The translations under genes and the position numbers were made by a program. A DNA stretch of 64,000 bases from Selaginella moellendorffii. Its lineage: Eukaryota > Plantae > Lycopodiophyta. How positions within the stretch are numbered: the stretch's first letter is position 1; the number at the start of each line of letters is the position of its first letter. Location: NCBI RefSeq assembly GCF_000143415.4, contig NW_003314373.1:493150-557149 (forward strand). Direction: 5' to 3'. Of this stretch, positions 23,817 to 37,899 are shown in pieces. Below the pieces are notes generated by a model. The model did no database searches. It had not been told where the DNA came from and saw only the letters and a list, made by a program, of their open reading frames with translations.

Positions 23817-25428
23817 ATGATCGTGCTCTCTCGTTCGTTGATTCTGGCACTCCTTGTGATGATCCCACTGCCACTGTCGAGAGCTTTTTATCATGATCAT
23901 CATGCTGCCTGTGCTCTAGCTGCAAATCCAGAGATTTGCATTGCCAGCATGGAAGCACTGGATTTGGATCCCGGCAACGCTGGAAGCTTTGCACTAGCGG
24001 CGGTAGGATCCGCTCGTGACTCCCTGGAGGCGCTGCTTGCATCCACAGCAGAGCTCGATCATGGCGCCGTCTCGTCGAGCAAGCCATCCAGATCCATGAG
24101 GAAAAGGGCAGTGATGCGCGACTGCGTGGAACTCCTCCATGACGCGTCCCGCCTCGCTGCCGATTCACAAGTGGCCATTGGAAGAATGAAAGCGAGCGAT
24201 CTGGTGAATGCTCACACCTGGATGAGTGCTGCTCTCACTTACCATACCACTTGCCTGGATGGATTGATCGAGGCTGGCTTTGACGAACACAAACTGCTAA
24301 ACAAAGCCCGAGAATCACTCAGCACTTGCCTGGCAGCCATAGCATCCTTGCGAAAAAATCAAGAACAGGAGCCACAGATCATCAAAACCCCGCATTGGGT
24401 CTCCAAGTCGGTGGGAAATTACACCATTCTTCCCAACATCACGGTGGCCAAGGACGGGAGTGGCCAGTTCGAGAACATCACTGCGGCTCTTGCCGCTGCT
24501 CCCACGAAGAGCAGCTCCAGGTTTGTGATTTACATAAAGCAGGGAACATACTTGGAGACTTTCGAGGTGCCGAGGAATCTCCTGAACTTGATGTTCTTGG
24601 GAGATGGGATTGGCAAGACCATTATCACTGGAAACAAAAGTGTCCAGGATCCAAACATCACAACTTTTACGTCCGCAACAGTGGGTAAGTGATCACAAAC
24701 GTAACTTTACAAACCTCGCTAATCGATTGATCGATCTTTCAGCTATTAGAGCGAACAATTTCATCGCTCAAGACATCACATTCCAAAACACGGCCGGAGC
24801 CATAAACCATCAAGCGGTGGCGGTGCGAGTGACCGCAGACAAGGTGGCATTCTTCCGATGCTCGTTCGAGGGCTTCCAGGACACCCTCTACGCTCACTCG
24901 CTCCGCCAGTTCTACACCCAGTGCGAGATCTACGGCACCGTCGACTACATCTTTGGCAACGCAGCCGCGATCTTCCAAAACTGCAATCTCTACGCTCGCC
25001 TCCCGATGCCCAAGCAGAAGAACACCTACACGGCGCAGGGAAGAACAGACCCAAATCAGAACACCGGCTTCTCCTTCCAGAACTGCGCCGTGGATGGAAC
25101 GCCGGAGCTCAAGGCAAACATCACCCAGTTCCCGACGTTCCTGGGGAGGCCATGGAAGGAGTACGCGGTCACGGTGTTTCTCAAATGCTACGAGAGCGCG
25201 GTGGTGGATCCGGCAGGATGGCTCGAGTGGAGCGGCGATTTTGCGCTCCAGACGCTCTTCTATGGCGAGTACTTCTGCTATGGGCCAGGCGGCTCGACCG
25301 TCAAGCGCGTTGACTGGTCAACTCAGATATTTGACTCTAGCTTTGCGAGCAAGTACACGGCAATGAGCCTGGTCAACGGGGACGAGTGGCTCCCAACGAC
25401 GAATCTCCCATACACACTGGTGCTATGA
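23817..25428 (+). CDS. PME: Pectin methylesterase with PMEI pro-domain, intron 24685-24742
   Basis: Signal peptide, PMEI motifs (DCVEL, TWMSAALTYHTTCLDG), then VAKDGSGQF, QAVAVRV, QDTLY, GTVDYIFG and LGRPWK. Confidence 0.96.
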
Positions 25429-25553
25429 TCATAGGAAAAGAAAAAGTGGTATCATCAACCTTGACTTATTCAGCTATAGCTACATTGTGCCTATTCCACC
25501 TTTTGTGAGGTGGAATATCACTCAAAATACTTTAGCGTTGTATGATGTGTGGG

Positions 25554-26488
25554 TCAGCTCACTGTTCTTGGCCCTCCAACCGAGGTGGGAACCCCCACGG
25601 CTTGCATATGTTTGAGCGTCGCGGCCAGCCAGTCCAATCCTTCGTACAGACCCTCGCCTTTGATCGCGCAAGCTGCTTGGACGTGCCACCGCCGGTCTCG
25701 CATCTTTCCCAGCCCCAGCACCGCGCAGATCTCCGTGGGAGACATGGCGCCCTTCTGCAAAAACGAAGAGACGAGCGAAAACTTCACTCTCCCGGAGAGA
25801 AACGAAAATCGAAGAGAGTTACCATGTCTTGCTTGTTTGCGAACACCAGGATGGCGCTGTTTCTCATCAGTGGATCGTTCACAATCGCCTGGAGAAAGAA
25901 GTGACGCGAAGGATGTGATGAGCTCCCGGAGAGCTTAAGTAGAACTTGTTTGAAACCACTTACTTGGAATTCCAAGGCGGCTTTGTCGATTCGGTCCTTG
26001 TCGAACGAGTCCACGACATAGATCTGGAGCACGTCTTGTAGATCACAATCGAAAACAAAGAAGGAAATCTAAAACAGTACCAGAGCATCGGTGCTGCTAA
26101 AGTAGTGCTTCCAGAGCGGTCTTAGCTTCTCCTGGCCACCCACATCCCACACCGTGAACACCACATTCTTGTACTGGACCTTCTCCACGTTAAATCCTAG
26201 CAAGGATTCACATCAGTCGAGCAAGAAGGCCAAGATGAAAGCCAAGAAACCAGAAAAAAAGGATTACCAATTGTTGGAACCGTGGAGAGGATTTCCCCTA
26301 TGTGTAACTTGAACAGGATCGTTGTCTTGCCGGCGGCATCCAACCCCAGCATCACTACCTGCAAGAGCCTGCCCGTAAGGATCAGTCCATAGAAGACCGA
26401 GAAGCGCGCAATCAAAAGCCACAGCCATTACCCTCATCTCCTTGTTCCCAAACAAGCTATCGAACAGCTTCCGGAACGTCTGCCCCAT
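25554..26488 (-). CDS. ARFB1: ADP-ribosylation factor, ARFB group, multi-exon
   Basis: [46 protein letters not shown] and [11 protein letters not shown]. Confidence 0.93.
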
Positions 26489-26595
26489 AATCCTCTCGCT
26501 CTCTCTAGCTCCCCGATCGATCGCGCTGATTTCACCCAAGCGCCCTCATCGTCGAAGGTACCAAAGCCCTAGGAAACCCTAATCTTGGAAGAACC

Positions 26596-27849
26596 CTAAA
26601 AACTTTGTCTCACGGGCTTCTCTAGAATCGCCGAGAGATAGACCTCGCGATTGGCCCGATCGAGCTTCTTTCCGACCGCCCACTTGATCCTCCGGAACCC
26701 CAGCCTCTCGATCAGCGGCACATAGAGGGTGTCCAGTTGATCCTCGGTGCAAAAGAAGTGATCCAGCCAGAAGAATCCACCCGGTCGCAGCACGCGATCG
26801 ATGTCGTAGAGCACGAATTCCAGCGATTCCAGCGGGATCCAGTTGCTAAGAACATGCATGGTGTGGACGAGATCTAGGGTGTTGTCGAAGAAGGGCAGGC
26901 GCTGCGAGATCGTGGCGAAGATCGGGACTAGCCCACGCGCCGCGATGAATTCGTTGAAGGGCCCGTTGAGATTGAGCGTGGTGGTGATGATCGTCACTCC
27001 CCGCTCCAGCATTCTCGCCGCAAAGCTCCCAGTCCCTCCGCCCAGATCCAGCCCAATTCGAATGCCACCCTTGGCCAGCGAAAAGATCTCGTCCAGCTCC
27101 TTGGAGCTCACCCATCGCGATCGCTCCGGGCCGGAGAGATCGAAGCAATCAGCGCAATCATAGAAGACGGTCTTGTTCTTGGCCCTGTTCTTGAGGCAAT
27201 CGAAGCTCTTGCACGAGTAGTGGCTCCACAGCACAGATTTGTCGCTGGGGATCTCCCACAGCGATCCCGGGAGGGAGTGTGGCGGGGAGATCGCTGCTGG
27301 GGTCCTGGCGAAGCATCGCCGGCGAGGAAGAGGCTCGCAGCCGCGGAGCATGAGCGATTGGCCGATCCACCAGTCGTCTGGGCAGATCTCCCCTGGCGTG
27401 TAGCCCATGAATCGATCGAGGAGCTCCCTCTGCGCGTAGCACTGGTGCCCAATTGGAGAGGTCATCGTCTCCAGGCCATAGTTTGGATTCCTGCCCAGCG
27501 GGAGCTTCCTTTCTGCCGTGAACTCCACGAGCTCCTTGCTCATCGCGAAATCCCCTTTGTGTTCTTCGTGTTCTTCGCGAGGGTTTCGCGCGCCATGCCT
27601 GCGAATTTCATCCCTGAGCGTCGCCAGCTCCCGGAGAATCGATTCGTCCCCCGCGGCGTGCTGCAAGCTCCGCTGGACGTCGCGCGAGATCGAGAGGCTG
27701 TAGAGCGCGAGAATGTTGGTGACAACGATCGTCGCCAGCAAGAATAGAACTCCGCAACTCCCTCCTCCTCCTCCATTTCCTCCATTCCCAAATCCCAGCG
27801 CTGCCACTAGCGATCTCGTGAAATCCCTGGGTTTGTCTTCCCCTCCCAT
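26596..27849 (-). CDS. Type II membrane SAM-dependent methyltransferase (Methyltransf_29-like), intronless
   Basis: N-terminal TM segment, GCEPLPRRRC, RIGLDLGGGTGSFAARM, RLPFFDNTLDLVH and DIDRVLRPGG. Confidence 0.9.
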   Translation of the reverse strand: MGGEDKPRDFTRSLVAALGFGNGGNGGGGGSCGVLFLLATIVVTNILALYSLSISRDVQRSLQHAAGDESILRELATLRDEIRRHGARNPREEHEEHKGDFAMSKELVEFTAERKLPLGRNPNYGLETMTSPIGHQCYAQRELLDRFMGYTPGEICPDDWWIGQSLMLRGCEPLPRRRCFARTPAAISPPHSLPGSLWEIPSDKSVLWSHYSCKSFDCLKNRAKNKTVFYDCADCFDLSGPERSRWVSSKELDEIFSLAKGGIRIGLDLGGGTGSFAARMLERGVTIITTTLNLNGPFNEFIAARGLVPIFATISQRLPFFDNTLDLVHTMHVLSNWIPLESLEFVLYDIDRVLRPGGFFWLDHFFCTEDQLDTLYVPLIERLGFRRIKWAVGKKLDRANREVYLSAILEKPVRQSF

Positions 27850-28175
27850 TTCTTGGGCAGCGAGCAAATCCCTCACTCCACAATACCAGGATCTCAGTGC
27901 GCCATATCTAGGGCTGATGTGGACTTGATCGCAGGGCTGACGTGGACTTGATGTTAGGGCTGACTTGTCACGTCAACGTAGTTTTCTCGTTTCTCCGTTG
28001 GACGGCGCTCGGGTTCTTCGCCACGCGTGTGCGCGTTCTCTGCCGGCGCCACGAACGATCCTACCGAGCTTTCCTCTCGGACCGCCCAAGGCTATTTAAT
28101 CGCTCGCTCCTCCTTGCCCTCGCCCAAATTTGAGATCGATCCATCAAAGCTTTGGGCGGCGCAGTGTCAGTGGCG

Positions 28176-28440
28176 ATGGAATTCGCGGGCAAGGCCATAA
28201 TCGCGTTGTGGGCGCTGGTGATTTGCGTGATTTTCCCCTCGGCGGCGGCGGCTAGGGGCATTGCGACAACCCAAGCTGCGAGTGGTGAGTGCTGCGATCT
28301 AGAAAGGAAGAATCTATGGATTGATCTTGGGTGCTCTTGTGGCAGGGGCTCTTTTGGATCAAATGGTGGCGTATTTGCTCTTGTTTGGCGCCTTGATGGT
28401 CACATACCTCACCCATCCTCTCCCCTTTAACATCTTTTGA
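28176..28440 (+). CDS. Arabinogalactan-peptide-like small protein (AGP16/20/22, DUF1070 type), 2 exons
   Basis: Signal peptide in exon 1. After a GT-AG intron comes DQMVAYLLLFGALMVTYLTHP, matching the family DQGIAY.L...AL.LTYLIH tail. Confidence 0.75.
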
Positions 28441-28543
28441 GGAGATTTCCTCCATTCTTTTGTGAATCCAATCGCATTTTTACTCACCCAAGAACCCTAG
28501 AAGAGCAGAAACTTAGTTCTTAGGTCAAATATTTCGAGCCGCG

Positions 28544-30034
<1,491 letters not shown>

Positions 30035-31659
30035 TTGCCTTCCTCACAGTTTGTTCCGGCGACTTGTACACAGGTAAATGTGTTTCGTTTTCAACATGTG
30101 AAGTGTTTGCTAACCAGCCTGTTCATGAACAGAGCGGAATTTTTCAGCGAAGGCAAAGATCAAAAACTTTGTTCTTTTGGCCCGGTCCTACCCGGTCCAT
30201 ACGGAAGCACTTTAGAAAATCTTTAAAATCCAGCCACTGAGCATTCTTCCCTCTTGTCAGCAATGCTGCACTACACTACGTGCTTTGAGCTGCAGCAATG
30301 CAGAAACAGAACAGTCCATTCGGCCCTCGAGGTACGGTTTTAGTCAATCTCTCTTAAATCATCTTTGCTTCTCCTTTGGCGAACAGGATCTTAACAAACA
30401 GTGTCGGTGTGGTTGAATGCTCTGGAGGGGCTCTGGCAGCGTACTCCACATCTAGAATCACTGTCCACCAGAGTGACGCGATGTGAAGCACAGAGCAAAG
30501 GAAGGTTCTTACTAGTAAAACATTGTGGCTCCTTTGCGGTTTCTCCATTTTCAGATTAGACATCGCTGTATGCGAGCTGTGTTTTGTAGGCACGGGGCGT
30601 GTGAAGAGATTTTCGTTATGTACGGAAATAGCAGCAGTGAAAATCTAAGGAGTTGAGTTTGAAACTTCAGCTAACTTGACAAGACAAAACAGCAACTTAC
30701 GAGATCAACATCACTCGGTAACTAACAGTTTTTTTTTTTGCTTTCTTTCTTTTTTCAGTTTCTTTTTTGGCTTTCTCCAAACATTTATGAGCATGCACAC
30801 AAACAGCTCTGGCTCTTTTGAGTAAAAATGGTGGTGGTGACACACAACACAACAGTGACTTGTTTGAACAAGAATAGTGGTAACATTCAGATATAATGTT
30901 GGTTTCAGTGTGAGGAGTTCCATGGAGGGTGGATTCAGGCCAGAAGTCGAAGGTGTGTAGGTGGTTGCTCCCCAAACAAACAAAGAGGACCCACAGATCT
31001 GTTAAGGTTGTCCCACCACCTTTTAGTTGAAGATGAAAGTGTCAAATAATTTACAGTACCATCATAAACTAGAAACAAAATCAGAACACTCACTGAGAAA
31101 TTTTCTGGGCCAGATTTTCAATCTTCTTCTGAGGAGACCATGATCTGAGCAACAAACTTTGCAACATGTCAACATGGTCCCATCGATTGAATTTGATGAG
31201 CATTTCCAACACAGTTTCCAGACTAAGAGCCTTTTCGATGTTGGGCGAGTTTTTTAGTTCGGGTGCCGGGTTGCTGTCATTTTTGGTTGGCAAGAAGAAA
31301 TTATATGGCCTCCACCAGAACATTTTATAGAAAATAAGCTACAAAATCTTTTACAATTTTTATTTTTTTCCACAGAGATTCGATCCAATCTCTATTCTCA
31401 TAACCGAAACTAAAGGAAAACTTTTACCTCAAATCTAAGAAAACCATTCAAACGGGGAGAGTTAAAAATCCCCTTTTTTTTCCTTTTATCATTACCTTTT
31501 TCTTCTCCCTGTTTCTGCCATGGCCATTTATAAAGCCATGGAGTGTATGCCACCGACTTGAGCAGCATCCAGTGATCAAAATCTCTGTTCTTCCTTTGCA
31601 ATTCTAGCAAAGGATATCTTTGTCCTCTTCGTGTGGTTCTTGCTAGAAATCCCGCAAAG

Positions 31660-32932
31660 ATGAAGGCACTGATTCTTGTGGGAGGATTTGGGACTCGCCT
31701 CCGTCCACTCACGCTCAGCCTCCCAAAGCCACTCGTGGACTTCGCAAACAAGCCAATGATCCTCCACCAGGTAAGCAACCAAATCTCTCCCAAAAGTTTG
31801 GCTCAAGAACTAAGGATTCGTGCATGCGTAGATTGAAGCTCTCAAGGAGGCTGGAGTGGACGAAGTTGTTCTTGCCATCAACTACCAGCCAGAGGTATAG
31901 CATTCGCTCTGGATTCACAGCCACAAACCTCACAAATCTCTTTCTTCCAGGTGATGATGAGATTTCTCAAGGATTTCGAGGCCAAGCTGGGCATCAAGAT
32001 CACTTGCTCCCAAGAGCGAGAGCCCATGGGGACCGCCGGCCCCCTGGCGCTGGCCCGAGACAAATTGGTGGATGGATCTGGCGAGCCATTCTTCGTGCTC
32101 AACAGCGACGTGATCAGCGAGTATCCGCTCAAACAGATGATTGCCTTCCACAAGAGCCACGGAAAGGAAGCCACTATCATGGTCACAAAGGTATGATTCG
32201 ATTGCTCCAGGAAACTTGGAAAAACCTATCCTATAACTTCCGTGATTTTCGTGTTCTTAGGTGGAAGAACCATCCAAGTATGGAGTGGTGGTCATGGACG
32301 ATGCCACGGGAGCCGTACAGAGATTCGTGGAGAAGCCTCAAATCTTCGTGGGCAACAAGATCAACGCTGGAATCTATCTCCTCAGCCCGCAAACGGTCGA
32401 CCGGATCGAGCTCCGGCCAACTTCCATTGAGAAGGAGATCTTCCCTGCCATCGCCGCGGAGAAGCAGCTCTTCGCGATGGTTCTCCCGGGATTCTGGATG
32501 GACATTGGCCAGCCCAAGGACTACATCACGGGGTTGCGCTTGTACCTCGAGTCTATCCGCCGCAAATCGCCCGAGAAGCTCTCTATCGGCGCTCACGTTG
32601 TTGGAAACGTGATGATCGACCCCTCGGCGCGGATTGGGTCGGGGTGCTTGATCGGGCCCGACGTAGCAGTAGGACCGGATTGCGTGATCGAGGAGGGCGT
32701 GAGATTGTCTCGGTGCACGGTGATGCGAGGCGCCCAGATCCGGAAGCACTCGTGCGTGTCCGGGAGTATCATCGGGTGGCACTCGAAGCTCGGGCAGTGG
32801 ACGAGGATTGAGAACATGACCGTGTTGGGCGAGGATGTCCAGGTGAAAGACGAGCTCTACAGCAATGGAGGGGTGGTGTTGCCACACAAGGAGATCAAAA
32901 CCAGCATTCTCAAGCCCGAGATTGTCATGTAG
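31660..32932 (+). CDS. VTC1: GDP-mannose pyrophosphorylase, 4 exons
   Basis: [58 protein letters not shown], ending ILKPEIVM. Confidence 0.97.
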
Positions 32933-33316
32933 GATTTGACGAAGAACACACACCGGATGATTTTTTAGAAGATTGGTATGTATCGTGGAAAGATGGTAAC
33001 TTACGTAGCATGTATCTGTGTGTAGGGGGATTTCATGTGACGAACTAACGAATAAACAATGGTTTAGATGGTTCAGAGCTGACAATGAGAGATTGGAATT
33101 AATTATTGGGCAAGACATTTTGGTTGGTGCAAACCATCAAAAACATGCTTTGTAGCGGTCTTTGACAGCTCAACCATCTGCTGACACGGTATCTTCACTC
33201 AAGAAATAAATGGAAGAAATAGCGAGAAAATGTTTATAAACCTAAAAAGGATTTGAGCAAAGAATAAAAGTTTATAATGAATCCCTGGCTTGAATTTATA
33301 GAATCAATGGCCCGGC

Positions 33317-34410
33317 TTATGGCTTCCTCCATAAAAGAAGCATTGGATTAGCCAGGAGTGGAAATCCACTATTTTCTACTATTAAATTGGTGTGGTTAGC
33401 AATATATTTACAGAAAAATTACTCCATCCATCACATCCCAATAGAACTAAATTTCCATCTTTTTGGAGTGTTTCTTTCTCAAACACTAAATTGCAATTAT
33501 ACTCCAGAACTAGCTGGTAAAGGCCATTTGAAGAAATTAAATGACCCCCTTCATTTATAACTGATTGAAGTGTCTTTATATCTCTGCTAGTCATGGATGA
33601 ATGATATACATTACAATCATTTGGAATAGCTGGAACAGTTTCTCTAGCGTCATTGTACAAAAGATCATTTTGAGAATTTTTGTCATTTGTAGTTAATATT
33701 TTGTATGGTAAGCTGAATAATCAATCTGTATATTACATGCTGAAACCTATACAAAACCATAGTTCTATAGTCAAAACTCTTGCATAGTCCTTCTAGCAAA
33801 AGCTTATTTGCAAAGGTGATGGACACTACAACATCCACTAGTTTCTCTTTTACACATACCTGAACAAATTTTGGACTGCCCCATTAGCTTGGAGGGATTT
33901 AATCTCTGTGAAGTTTAGAATCGTATTCTCCACATTTGCTGTCAGCTAACAATTGGTCATGGTTTCTTAAAGATCTTATATGCCTAGTGTGGTCACTCCG
34001 CACAAATTGGTGATTGTGCATTTTAAAGACAGGAATGCCTTCTGTAAGTAGGCACGCCTCTTGACACAGGGCATGTATGTATGCCCATGCACAATTGTCA
34101 TCCCACGAACTTCTAGAAGTAGTGGCAGATTTGAATGCTTTAGATTGCGATGTCTCACTTTTTTGTTCTTCCTGCTCACTTAACTGAATATGGAACACAT
34201 CTTATAGGATATTAATTCCATTGGCTCCAAACTTTTATTGCTATTTCAATAGAAATTGTTAATCAAATATTATTCTCAATAGTAGGACTTATCTTTTTTG
34301 GACTGTTTAATTGTAACACTACGGCAATACTTTACTAGAAGTCTAGAAGTAATAAATAAAACATTAATTTCCTGATAAGCATCATTTTCTTTTGAGTGCA
34401 TATACTTCTC
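33317..34410 (-). pseudogene. Decayed copy of the B-lectin gene, with an internal insertion
   Basis: Homologous to 43381-44332 (LISSNGLYQLVLEYNCNLV, LQKDGNLVL). It has deletions, stops and a lost start codon. Confidence 0.85.
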
Positions 34411-36656
34411 TATTTTTCAGCAAGGAGAATAAATAGAGGAACTTGCTACATACGCTTGGTTTGCTTGTGTACTTTAAAGAATATTATAACATATACTTTT
34501 TTTACTTTTTTTTAACAGAATGTACAAGAAAACCGGATAAAGATGTTAATAATATAATAAAATATTTAATTTCTATGTCTCACATGTTCAGTTGCAACTT
34601 AAAAAATAACCTATGTAATCAAACTTGACATTCAAGTAGAAGGATTTTATTATTATCCATATTAATGAGGTCATTAACACTTCCTTTTTTTTAAAAAAAA
34701 TGAAATAGTTTTCATGGAGCATCAAAAAGTCATCATGGTCATATTTTATTACTTATGAGATCACAGCTCTTAGCATCATATGAGGATTACAATTTCACTT
34801 CATTCAAATTGAATTGAACTCTAGGGTATTCTACCATATCATTTTGCTTGAGTCAAGGACTAGCCATTTGAGATTCTTATTTGGAAAAGAGTTGTCAATT
34901 ATCCTAAATATTTAATAAAATTTCATAAAGATAATAGAAATAACACAAAGTCATATATATTTTACTAATATTGTGGCAACATTAGCATGAACTTATATTT
35001 AAACATGATCTTGATGAAAAATTAATATATTAATTAAAATCACTCATCCTCCAAAACATCATAGTTGTCATTGCTAATCATAAGTTTAATTGAAAAAAAA
35101 TAATAAGAGGGATTAAATGAGTAGTTTATGTGTTCTTATTTTAATCACAAAATTAAATTGATTTTAACTAAAGCAAACTGTTGGCAGTGAATATGCCTAG
35201 AATATTCTTGAATATTCTGCATCTATTATTATTTATTTAGATTAATCTTGTATTATAATTTATAAATATGTTTATAATTCATAAAAACTTTTAAACACAT
35301 GATTTAGAGGATATCTAGCTAAAATTTCTTTTAACTAAGATTAGTAATATTAATTTATATTAATACTCTAGATAAATTGCTGTGCATTGCATGTAGCAAT
35401 ACTTAGTTTGCTTAATAGTAGTTTTGTGACCATTTTGTGATCTCTTGTTGCACATGAAGAGGTTCATTGAAAAGAAAAAATAAAAATAGATAAGTCACTT
35501 GCATGATAGTGCATCAACTTTTTTTCTATATAGGGTGGGGTTTAATGAATGTTATAAAGAGTTTGTAATGTAATATGAGCCACGTCACTCTTTAGTGCTA
35601 CAATAGATCCCCTCATTGTGCATTTTGAGGATAAAGGTAACCAACCCACAACTCATTCCATTCCTTTTCTTTCTAATCCCTCAAGTTGGATCTCCTCAGG
35701 AATTAGTAGTTAGTAATAAAAGAAAACTATGTTCTTACTATGCTCCTATTTTATTCCTCTCCTAGTGGACCTTGTGACTATGGAAATCATCTGAGTGTCA
35801 GCATGCCCCTCTTCGCATTTGCAGCACTTGTAATGAGGTTTGCAATATGGGCAATAGATAATCCCTTCATCTGTCATTGAACCTTAAGCCTCTCGTTTAG
35901 GGTCACTGATAGCAATGGCTGCAAGGTCACCTTGTGCACCACCATACCCATAACACAAATCAAAATAGAGATCCAAGGCACAAGGCTACCAAGGATGGGA
36001 AGACAACTGGTTCAGTACCAATAGAAGACAACAGCCACAACAAGCACCTCAAATAGGGAGCCAGATCCAGGCACGACCATGCTAGACACCCACAGCATGT
36101 CAAAGGAATATACCACACTAGCCAGATTATAGAACCCACATAAGTAGACCAAAAGACAGAGGGTAAACATGAAATCAACCATTCATCTAGTGGTGAGAAC
36201 TATGGGAAAGCAAACCAACACTCATTGTGTCTAAGGTATGCCATGTGCTTATACCTTCTGCTTGAGCTACACTCAGTTGAGGAATGTAGATGAGGTGATC
36301 TTCAACAAACACTGTGTTGTTGTCAATGACAGAAACCCTATCCACTTCAAGGGCATTGTGAAGCCCATACCTCTCTAACTGCTTGTAAATCTTCTCTACC
36401 AACAGCCCTGCTAGAGGAATTCACACCTTGATCACCTCTGTGCCATCATTGGCTTGCACAATCATTACCATCGGCGCCATAAACACATCTATATCCTAGA
36501 AAGTGAACCCTAGAATGGTGCTTCTAATTATGATAATTATTATTATGATTCATTGCTACTCTATCTTTTGCATTCCTGCATTTATTGATACCATCATCAA
36601 ATCATTCTGTTATTGTATCACAACGTTGTTAGAAAGGTAAGGAAATAGTGAAATGT

Positions 36657-36689
36657 AAATCTATAAATCTATAAATCTATAAATCTATA
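36657..36689. repeat. (AAATCTAT)x4 microsatellite
   Basis: Directly visible. Confidence 0.85.
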
Positions 36690-37899
36690 GTTTATTTTGA
36701 AGTTACAAATTTATCCCTACTAATAATAGAATAAGTTAATGTTCATTTTATTTTGGATTTGATGCATTAATATATATATATTTTTAATGACATTTATCGC
36801 TTGTTGAAGCTTTGAAACTTCGATGGAGTTTTTTAGGGTATTAGCTACTATGATACAGTTAAAATTCTCAATTTTATTTTTGAAGCATAATACAATACTT
36901 CCAAACTTGAAGTTCAAGTTAATAATCACTTAGAAGACTATAGCAATGTGTTAGCAAAGTAGGACTATCATTAAAAATTGAAAACATTAGAGTTTTTTAT
37001 AAGCATAAATCAAATCCCTTTACACTGTGTGTGCATATTACACTCTTTAAACTTAGGAAGATGAATGGTCTCTAGGGTTGGAGGCTGTCTCTCAACACAG
37101 TTAAAAAATGTAGCCTTTCAATGTCTCCACTACTGCATTGATCTTGTGGTGCTACATTTGCTTCAGCCTTCCCAATAAACAATGACCAAGCTTCAAATGT
37201 TATAGGGAAAGTCGACATCATTTCAACAAAAGCTCCATCATAGAATTTAATTAAAAAAGGTTGGGAAGGCTATCTCCCACCAATCCAATCTACATGGCCT
37301 ACACAAGTTGTCCCCATATCTCTAATGGTAGTGCTTGCAACTCTTAGTACCAACTTTCCCACCTCAAAAGATATTCCCCCTGCAGATCCTTATGCAGTGT
37401 TTTACACACCCTTTGCTGGTTGACACCCCTTTGCATTTGTAGTTTATTTCTTGCAGCATCTACCACCCCATGCTTTCTATGGTTGGATTTTCCCTAAATT
37501 ACTTATTAATCCAATTGATCCAATAAAGGTTATAATTATAAGCATGTTTATAATTTATAAACACAAGATTCTTATTGCATATCAACCATTAGATGATAAA
37601 ATAAAAAAGAATATACTAGAAAGGGTTTAAGGAAGTTTATAAATTATAATCATGTTTATAATTATAAATACAAAATTAACTTAAATGAATAACAACTGTT
37701 AGATGGTAAAAAATCCTAGAATATCCAAGCTTATTCTAGGTATATCCACTACCAATAGGTTTGCTTAAGCAAACCACAAAATTAAGAATCTAGGTATCTG
37801 AAGAGACTAGAGAGCTACTCTTGGAACCTACAATAGTGCCAGTTCAAGGAGTACTATGGAGCAATGGTAGGTAAGCAAGTACAACTTTACTTTCAAGAA

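Noticed and set aside
22595-26488. Fic enzyme and ARF GTPase as an enzyme-substrate pair
   Set aside because: Some Fic effectors modify small GTPases, but adjacency in a plant genome is not evidence.
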